This document shows, piece by piece, positions 61,688 through 64,000 of a DNA stretch of 64,000 nt. Source of the stretch: Terriglobia bacterium. GTDB taxonomy: Bacteria; Acidobacteriota; Terriglobia; JAJPHL01; JAPKYU01. The DNA lies in the NCBI GenBank assembly GCA_965223005.1, contig CBDCVK010000002.1, positions 480,001 through 544,000 of the forward strand. Direction: 5' to 3'. The notes beneath the pieces are model-generated. The model had not been told where the DNA came from and made no database searches. It saw nothing but the letters and a program-made list of their open reading frames with translations. Position 1 is the first letter of the stretch. The number at the start of each line of letters is the position of its first letter. The translations under genes were made by a program, and so were the position numbers.

Positions 61688-61828
61688 TCGCTGATGAGTG
61701 TATCGCGAACCCCGGCCTGGTGAACTTGCGTCCCGATAAGGTCCATGGGTATGCCCATGGTACGAGGGGAGCTAGTTCGGCAGCAGAGGAGGGCCGGGCG
61801 CTCAAGAATCGGGGTGTACAATGCGTAG

Positions 61829-62734
61829 TTGCTTCAACACAAAGTTGAATACGCGCTGGCCAGGATCATTCTGGGGATTCTGAGACCGCTGCCGAGGGTG
61901 CTGGCTCGCCTGGCGGCGGAGCTTCTCGCCTTCCTGGTGTACTTGCTGGCGGGCCGGTTCCGGTGGGTAGCGCACCGCAACCTGCAGCTGGCACTTCCGG
62001 AGCTCAGCGCCGGCGAGCGGCGCCGTATCGTTCGCGGTGTCTATAGAAACCTCGGACGAATGCTGGCTGAGTTCGCGCACTTCCCGCGCTACACCCGGCA
62101 GAATGTGGCCCAAGTGATCCCCTACGATGGCTTCGAGAATTATGAGGAGGCGGTGCGCCGCGGGCGGGGCGTGATCTATTTGACCGGACACCTGGGAGCC
62201 TGGGAGCTGGGCGCATTTGCTCACTCAGTTTACGGCCACCCGCTTCACGTGCTGATCCGACCGCTGGACAATCCCTACTTGAACGAGCTGGTAAATCGCC
62301 GCCGCACCCTGGCTGGTAACCGCATCCTCGAAAAACGCGACTTCCTCCGCGGCATCCTGGAAGCGCTGAGGAAGAACGAAGCCGTGGGCATCCTGGCAGA
62401 CCAGAATGCCTCCCCGCAGGACGGCGTCTTTATCGAGTTCTTTGGCGTGCCGGCCTGCACCGCGAGCGGACTGGCAAAGATCGCAGCGCACGCAGAAGCC
62501 GCCGTGGTGCCTGCTTTCGCCTTCTGGGATGCCGCGCAGGGCCACTATCGGTTGCGGTTTGACCCGCCGCTGGAGCTGGTGCGCACAACAGACGCGGACC
62601 AGGACGTGGTGGCCAACACCCAGCTTCTTGCCAGCGTTCTGGAGCAGCACATACGCCGCCATCCCGACCAGTGGCTGTGGATTCACCGGCGCTGGAAAAC
62701 CCGACCCCCCGGCGAGTCGCCGCTGTATGAGTGA
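61829..62734 (+). CDS. LpxL/HtrB-family lipid A acyltransferase
   Basis: GHLGAWE, DNP, LADQ and PDQWLWIHRRWK motifs. Confidence 0.9.
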   Translation: MLQHKVEYALARIILGILRPLPRVLARLAAELLAFLVYLLAGRFRWVAHRNLQLALPELSAGERRRIVRGVYRNLGRMLAEFAHFPRYTRQNVAQVIPYDGFENYEEAVRRGRGVIYLTGHLGAWELGAFAHSVYGHPLHVLIRPLDNPYLNELVNRRRTLAGNRILEKRDFLRGILEALRKNEAVGILADQNASPQDGVFIEFFGVPACTASGLAKIAAHAEAAVVPAFAFWDAAQGHYRLRFDPPLELVRTTDADQDVVANTQLLASVLEQHIRRHPDQWLWIHRRWKTRPPGESPLYE

Positions 62735-62762
62735 AGGGCAGCGCTGTGTAACAATGAAGTGC

Positions 62763-63824
62763 ATGACGGAGTGGACACCCGGTTATCTGCGCCTTTCAGC
62801 GACCGGCGAGCTGGCCGAGCGCGGGGCGCGTCTGGAAGCGTTGCTGGCCTCCTGTACGGTCTGCCCGTGGGATTGCCGGGTGAACCGTCTGGAGAACCAA
62901 GCCAAAGTCTGCGCCGCCGGTTACCTCCCGATTATTTCTTCCTACGGGCCACACTTCGGAGAAGAACCGGCTCTGAGCGGGACCCACCTGCCGAGCGGGC
63001 AGGCGCGTGGCGCCGGCAACATCTTTCTCGGTCACTGCAACATGCGCTGCGTCTACTGCCAGAACTGGCAAATCAGCCAAGACCTGCGGACGCAGCGACC
63101 CACTCGGGAAACAAGTCTGGAGCGGCTGGCCGAGATCATGCTGGAACTCCAGCAGCAGGGCTGCCACAACATCGGCCTGGTCTCGCCCACGCATTTTGCG
63201 CCGCAGCTCGCGCGGGCCGTGGAGATCGCTGCCCGGCGCGGGCTCCGCCTCCCCCTCGTCTACAACACCAACGCCTACGACAGCGTGGAAGTGCTGCGCC
63301 TGCTGGAAGGAATCGTTGACGTTTACCTGCCCGACCTGAAGTACAGCGACGAGGAAACGGCGCGTACCTACTCCCGGGTCCCACACTACGTGGCCAGCGC
63401 GCGGGCCGCGGTCAAGGAAATGCACCGGCAGATGGGAGACGAGCTGGTCATGGACGAGCGGGGGTTGTTGCGGCGTGGCTTGGTGATTCGCCTGCTCGTG
63501 CTCCCCAACGACCTGGGCGGGCTGCGAGAAACGCTGGAGTGGATCGGCGCGGAGCTTTCCCCGCGCGTCACCGTGAGCGTGATGTCGCAGTATTACCCCA
63601 CCAATAAGGTGGGTCGCGCTGATCCGAGTGGCGCCGAGGAGTTGTTCCCCTTGCTGAACCGCAGGGTCCGGCCGCGAGAATGGGAGCGCGTGCTGGAATG
63701 GCTGGAGGAATTCGGTTTCGAGAACGGGTGGGTTCAGCCCCTGGGAGAAGAAGCGGCGGAATATTACCGCCCCGATTTTTCAGACCGGCTCATGCCTTTT
63801 GTTGACGCCTGCGATTTCCGCTAG
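62763..63824 (+). CDS. Radical SAM protein, PflX-like (start uncertain: 62727, 62754 or 62763)
   Basis: CTVCPWDC, HFGEEP, CNMRCVYCQN, VSPTH and YLPDLKY motifs. Confidence 0.92.
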   Translation: MTEWTPGYLRLSATGELAERGARLEALLASCTVCPWDCRVNRLENQAKVCAAGYLPIISSYGPHFGEEPALSGTHLPSGQARGAGNIFLGHCNMRCVYCQNWQISQDLRTQRPTRETSLERLAEIMLELQQQGCHNIGLVSPTHFAPQLARAVEIAARRGLRLPLVYNTNAYDSVEVLRLLEGIVDVYLPDLKYSDEETARTYSRVPHYVASARAAVKEMHRQMGDELVMDERGLLRRGLVIRLLVLPNDLGGLRETLEWIGAELSPRVTVSVMSQYYPTNKVGRADPSGAEELFPLLNRRVRPREWERVLEWLEEFGFENGWVQPLGEEAAEYYRPDFSDRLMPFVDACDFR

Positions 63825-63879
63825 CTCTGCTCGACGTCCTGCTGCCCTCAAGGGCCAGCTCTACAGCTTGAAGGAGAGC

Positions 63880-64000
63880 TCAAAGCTCCAAATTGCCCTT
63901 GAACAGCATGTCCTTGAGTTTGAACTTTTTCTTGATCTTGAACTGGCCAACCTCAGTGAAGAATTCCACGGACTTCTGCCGGAGCTCGATGGGAGTTGCC
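63880..64000 (-). CDS. C-terminus of a hypothetical protein (partial)
   Basis: Manual translation ...KSVEFFTEVGQFKIKKKFKLKDMLFKGNLEL*. Confidence 0.65.
   Translation of the reverse strand, partial: ATPIELRQKSVEFFTEVGQFKIKKKFKLKDMLFKGNLEL

Overview
GC-rich bacterial chromosome window, most likely Acidobacteriota (inferred from a Solibacter-type C-terminal domain and other acidobacterial-looking hypothetical proteins). The backbone is housekeeping genes: lon (truncated), prmC-dinB-cca, rplU-rpmA-obgE-nadD-rsfS-rlmH-cobO-accD-folC-plsC, holB-tmk, yggS-yggU, ftsY-ribD-ribE, ispG, an ArnT-like and an LpxL-like gene. Two accessory zones interrupt it (about 8.1-12.2 kb and 37.2-52.1 kb). Main observations: (1) a family of transposase-less cassettes bounded by two distinct composite ends, each with a GGTAGTGGGTC-type terminal repeat and an inner TAAACGCT-x-GACCTATC motif; one complete copy has a near-perfect 8-bp target duplication, and the copies carry different passenger genes; (2) an AhpD-like gene split by an in-frame UGA in a CxxU motif, followed by a SECIS-like hairpin (probable selenoprotein); (3) a tandem two-domain cytochrome P460 next to an exported truncated globin, inside one of those cassettes; (4) a decaying subtilase + ComEC-type MBL hydrolase pair; (5) an IS256 inserted in an FkbM methyltransferase gene, and an IS3/IS1595/beta-propeller chimera. 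I saw no rRNA, tRNA or CRISPR array. All family calls come from motif recognition by eye, not database searches.
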